Assembly (NCBI GenBank): GCA_028534125.1
Contig: CM052838.1
Coordinates: 64,914,001 to 64,978,000 of the forward strand
DNA length: 64,000 nt
From: Lama glama
Taxonomy: Eukaryota
Direction of reading: 5' to 3'
The notes beneath the pieces were generated by a model. That model did no database searches. It was not told the origin of the DNA and saw only the letters and a list, made by a program, of their open reading frames with translations. Positions 60,234 through 64,000 of this stretch are shown here, in pieces; positions within the stretch are counted from its first letter, which is position 1, and every line of letters starts with the position of its first letter. The position numbers and the translations under genes were made by a program.

Positions 60234-61029
60234 CTGGGAAAAAAAAAAGCTGCTGCATTAACACGCTCCAGTGTTTACCACGGCACCTACGAATGAAGAT
60301 CTGGTGTCGAATAAGAATTTTAAACGCTGCAATTGAGACGGTTTGTGATCCATGATAATCTAGAAGAGGCTGGCTTCGTCACCATCACACCTAATGTTAC
60401 GACACAAAAACCGCCCTGCCGAAGTTTGGGGCAGCTCTGTCTCTCAGAGCAGTGTTTCTCAGTTTTAGCCTCAAAAAACCACCCAGTAGGCACAACTCAT
60501 CTATTCTAGATAACTTTTCAAAGATCTGTGGCAATTCTAAAAAAAATTTGAAACGAGCATAGAATTTCAAAAAAGCAAAACGCAATTCTTATCACATTTG
60601 CCAACACGCTTACACGGCAGCAAGTGTTGGCTTGGGCACACCTGTCAGTGATTCTAGGCATTTGGTGAAACACAATATAAAGATAATGGAGCAGTTTCTC
60701 AGCGGGTTATCCCCACGGAGAAATGGTTCAATCTGGGAAACAGTGATGGATGGATTCCTGCAAAACCTTCCTACTGACATTAGGTCCTATTCCTTTTCTT
60801 TATGATCTCTGGCAACTCCTGCACATAATTTTAAAATCGGTCTCAAAATACATCACAGGGTCTTTCCAACAGGTGAATAAAATTCTCACGTGCCCAGAAA
60901 GAGTATTGATGATGGAAGCATTTTCCCAGCCAGACCTCCAAACAATATTGAGGTATCTGATCTTCCACGTTAAAGCCCATGAAATGGCCCGCAGGGACGG
61001 GCTCAGGGGGTCCCAGGTTCCGTGCGCAC

Positions 61030-62030
61030 CTTGGAAGTGCCCGCTGGACGTGTCTTGGAGATGCGGCTCATTCTAGGACCGTGGCAGGAAACACACAAGA
61101 TGAGCCTGGGGCACCTTGTAGGGCCAGAAAGTGAGAAGATGCTCAGGGAGACAGCAGCCCCCAGTGATGGGGGCGCCAGGGGCCGGGAGTCCTGGGGAAG
61201 CTCCCAGGGGCCAGAGCTGGAACAGCACAAGCAACACCATAAAGCAGTCCTGGGCCATAAGCGAAGGTGCGAGCTGAGCGAGTCCATGCAGACACAGATA
61301 CACAAGAAAGTCGAGAAGCCTCCCGCGTGAAAGGCTCCCAAGGAGCCCCCACAGGCCGCCCGCCCCTGCGGCGGGCGGGGCCCCCACTCACTCCGGGCGG
61401 GCTGGCGCAGGGCCTCTACCCAGAGAGTTAGGGCTGGAGAAGGAGGAAGAAGAAGAGGAATCTTATGCGGTAGAAGCCTAGCAAACACCTCCTCGGGCCA
61501 TAGGACCAAGGTTACCGTGAAGGATGGTGAGCCCTGCTGCCGGCGCGGAGCCCTGCTGCCGGCGCGGAGCCCTGCTCGGGAGTGACGAGGACGGCGCTCT
61601 GCCCTGTGGTCTTCCTCCCAGTCCAGTCAGGAACAGAGCATGTCTCGCCTCAGGGAACTCTGCAGGCTGCCTGGTCAGCGCTCCTCAAAGCTGCCAAGGT
61701 CATCAAAGGTGAGGGAAGTCAGAGAAACTGCCGCAGCCAAGAGGCATCTAAGGAGACATGAGACTAAATGTCATGTGGTTTCCTGGGTGGGATCCTGGGC
61801 CAGGAAAAGGGCATTAGGGGGAAACTGAGGCTCTGTGAATAAAGCATGGACTTCAGTTAATAACGGTTCTGTGAGCGTTTGTTCACTGACTTTGTCAAAT
61901 GAACCACATGCCTACCAGGTGTTAATAATAGGACAAACGGAGCCTGAAGGAAAAGGGGACTGTCTGTACTGCCTTGGCAATAATTCTGCACATCTGAAAC
62001 TCTTCTACAAGTAGGAGTTTTTTTTTTTAG
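61030..62030 (+). mobile_element. L1MC/L1MD-type 3' UTR
   Basis: ACAAGATGAGCCTGG...GCCAGAAAGT, CAAGGTCATCAAA, GGAGACATGAGACTAAATGT, GGGATCCTGG, GAATAAAGCATGGACTT, TGTTAATAATAGG. Confidence 0.85.
61529..61576. repeat. 19-bp tandem repeat, 2.5 copies (GAGCCCTGCTGCCGGCGCG)
   Basis: Perfect copies seen directly. Confidence 0.95.
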
Positions 62031-62044
62031 TTACTGAATAAACT

Positions 62045-63535
62045 AAGCACAGAATCAGTGACCTGTGAGAATATCACATGGTCTACATTTTGTGTCATTA
62101 ACTTCCCAGAAGAAGAAAAGAGAGAGAGTGGGGTAGGGAGAAAGATCTGAAGTGTAGTGGCTGGGCATCTTCCCAATTTGATGAAAATAAAAAGGAATAC
62201 ACAAATTTAAGGAGTAAAATAAATGCCAAGTATAATCAACTAAAAAAAACCCCACAATTAAACACATCATGGCCAACTGATGAAAACATAGATAAAGGAA
62301 AAAAATCTAAAAAGCAAGGGGAAAATACACATTCTATGCAGGGGAGCAATGGGAAAAATAGCTGCTGACCTCGAGTCCTAAACGAAGCCAGGAGGACAGG
62401 GGAGCTCCACTGAGAGGGCTGAAATAAACCTGCCAAGTTAGAGCTCTGGGTTCAGAAAAAAAAAAAGTGGAATAAAGACATCTTCCAATAAATGAAAGTG
62501 GAGAGATTTTATAGCCAACAGACTGGACACCTGCAGACAAGATACAGAAGGAAGTCTGAGCCCTCAGGAGCCCTGGGCCCGTAGGTAGGAAGGAGGAACA
62601 TCAAAACACAAATAGATCGTAAAAACACTTTTCTCTTTTCTTAATTACTTTGAAGACGAATAACTGTTCACAAGTTAATAGCAATGACTAGCAGGTTTAT
62701 ATGTGAAGTGAAGTAAAACACATGACAACATTAACAAAGGATAAGGGGAAAAGAACTGATGTAGGATTCTAACATCCTATGTGAAGTGTTCTAACCTTAA
62801 TTCACCATCCGTCACGAGTTATGAATGCATATTATATTCTTAGACCAATAGCTGAAATTTTAAAATTAAAAGAATATGTAAGAGTATGATTTTTAAAAAT
62901 AGATGAATAATCCAGAGGCAGAAAGGAAGGAATAAAAAGCAACTAGGATAAGTGAGAGAAACGAGCAAGATGGTAGACTTAAAACCATGTCAACAATTAC
63001 ACTAAATGTAAATGGCTTAAACAACCCTAATAAAAGGCTGCAATTGTCAGACCATATTAAAATGAAAACTACAGAATCCAGCTACATACTGTTAACCAGG
63101 ATGATGACTGACTCTAAAGGAGGGAGAAAGTCAGCACCCTGAGCACAAGAACCCAGGTCAGTGTTTCTGCAAGAATCAGGCCGCTTCTAGGCAGTGTTCC
63201 CAGAGGTGCAGAGGGTGTTTCCTAAATAACAACAGGATTAATTCATCAAGACAGAATCGTCATAAGGCTTAAGCTCCTCATAACTGAACTGCAAAATACA
63301 AAAGGCAAAAATAAAACAAAATTTAGGAGAAACAGGCAAATACACAAACAATAGAACCAGTTAAAAAAAATGGCCAAGGGCAGAAAAGATTTGACTGACA
63401 TCATCGACCACTGTCACCTCACTGACATTTCAAGTGTACATGCAACGTTCATAGCATACATTCTGTTTGATAACACACGGTTCTTCATGTCTGAAGTTTA
63501 AAAACAGGTCAAACTGACTTATGGGATAAAAATTC
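62045..63535 (+). mobile_element. Old L1 ORF1 3' half and ORF2 endonuclease start (decayed)
   Basis: ORF1 landmarks (TTCCCAATTTGATGAAAA, ACACATCAT) then ATTACACTAAATGTAAATGGCTTAAAC (ITLNVNGLN) near 62996. Confidence 0.85.
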
Positions 63536-63725
63536 AAAGAGAGGCAGCCTCCAGGGGTTGGGTGGGGGGGATGGGTGGGGGACAAGCAGGAAGAACCCCT
63601 CTGAGATGGTAGAAACATTCTGCTTGTAATCGAGTTACGGGTCACACAGGTATGTATTTTCACCAGAGCTCCTCAAATGTGCACTTAAGATCCCTGCGTT
63701 TCATAGCAGGTAGATTAAAATTTAG
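63536..63725 (+). mobile_element. L1ME-type 3' end
   Basis: G-rich tract, then GAAACATTCTG...TCACACAGGTATGTA...TCAAATGTGCACTTAAGATC. Confidence 0.65.
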
Positions 63726-64000
63726 ATAGTGTAATATATGGCACAACATAACATACACAATCGGCTAAGATTTTCTGTAACTTCACACTCAGGGGCTGAC
63801 TCTTCTAAATCTCTTTCAAATCTGAGTCTCTAGCAAACGATACACAGTCAATCCATTAAACATAAACACGAATTTATGTCCGTGTTTTCCAGACACGCCC
63901 TCCTTCTGTGAGATCAGGTGCCTTGGTGAAGCAAGGCTCCTGAAACACAAGCAATCGAGGTTCACAAGCTTTGGCCTGGCCCCGGTGGGCGCCCTGCTCT

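Noticed and set aside
63554-63581. G-quadruplex motif
   Set aside because: It is the ordinary G-rich tract of an L1 3' UTR (likewise about 40127-40165).
1-64000. Naming the locus or a host gene
   Set aside because: No exon I can recognise. A syntenic alignment is needed.

Overview
Mammalian genomic DNA, most likely camelid. That call rests on a tRNA-derived SINE at 35329-35470 resembling the camelid vic-1 family, plus artiodactyl-type L1 3' ends and MER41-like LTRs. The window is GC- and CpG-rich and reads as intergenic or deep intronic. I recognise no protein-coding gene, RNA gene or CRISPR array, and the supplied ORFs look like chance ORFs in GC-rich DNA or repeat remnants. It is a mosaic of (i) transposon fossils (L1, L2, MIR, MaLR/ERVL/ERV1 LTRs, hAT DNA transposons), (ii) a 500-N assembly gap, and (iii) AT-rich, apparently non-repeat islands dense in homeobox, MEF2, CArG and E-box motifs that look like distal enhancers. 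The strongest signal is evolutionary: normally AT-rich repeats are rewritten towards G/C in sharply bounded patches, including de novo CpGs, which suggests GC-biased gene conversion. Other mechanistic footprints are two 5'-inverted (twin-primed) L1 insertions, a 54-bp locally templated insertion, a perfect 20-bp palindrome, and one well-bounded candidate 129/138-nt exon. I found no convincing new gene-encoded system. Repeat family names are from recalled consensus sequences, and repeat boundaries are approximate and need RepeatMasker/Dfam confirmation.
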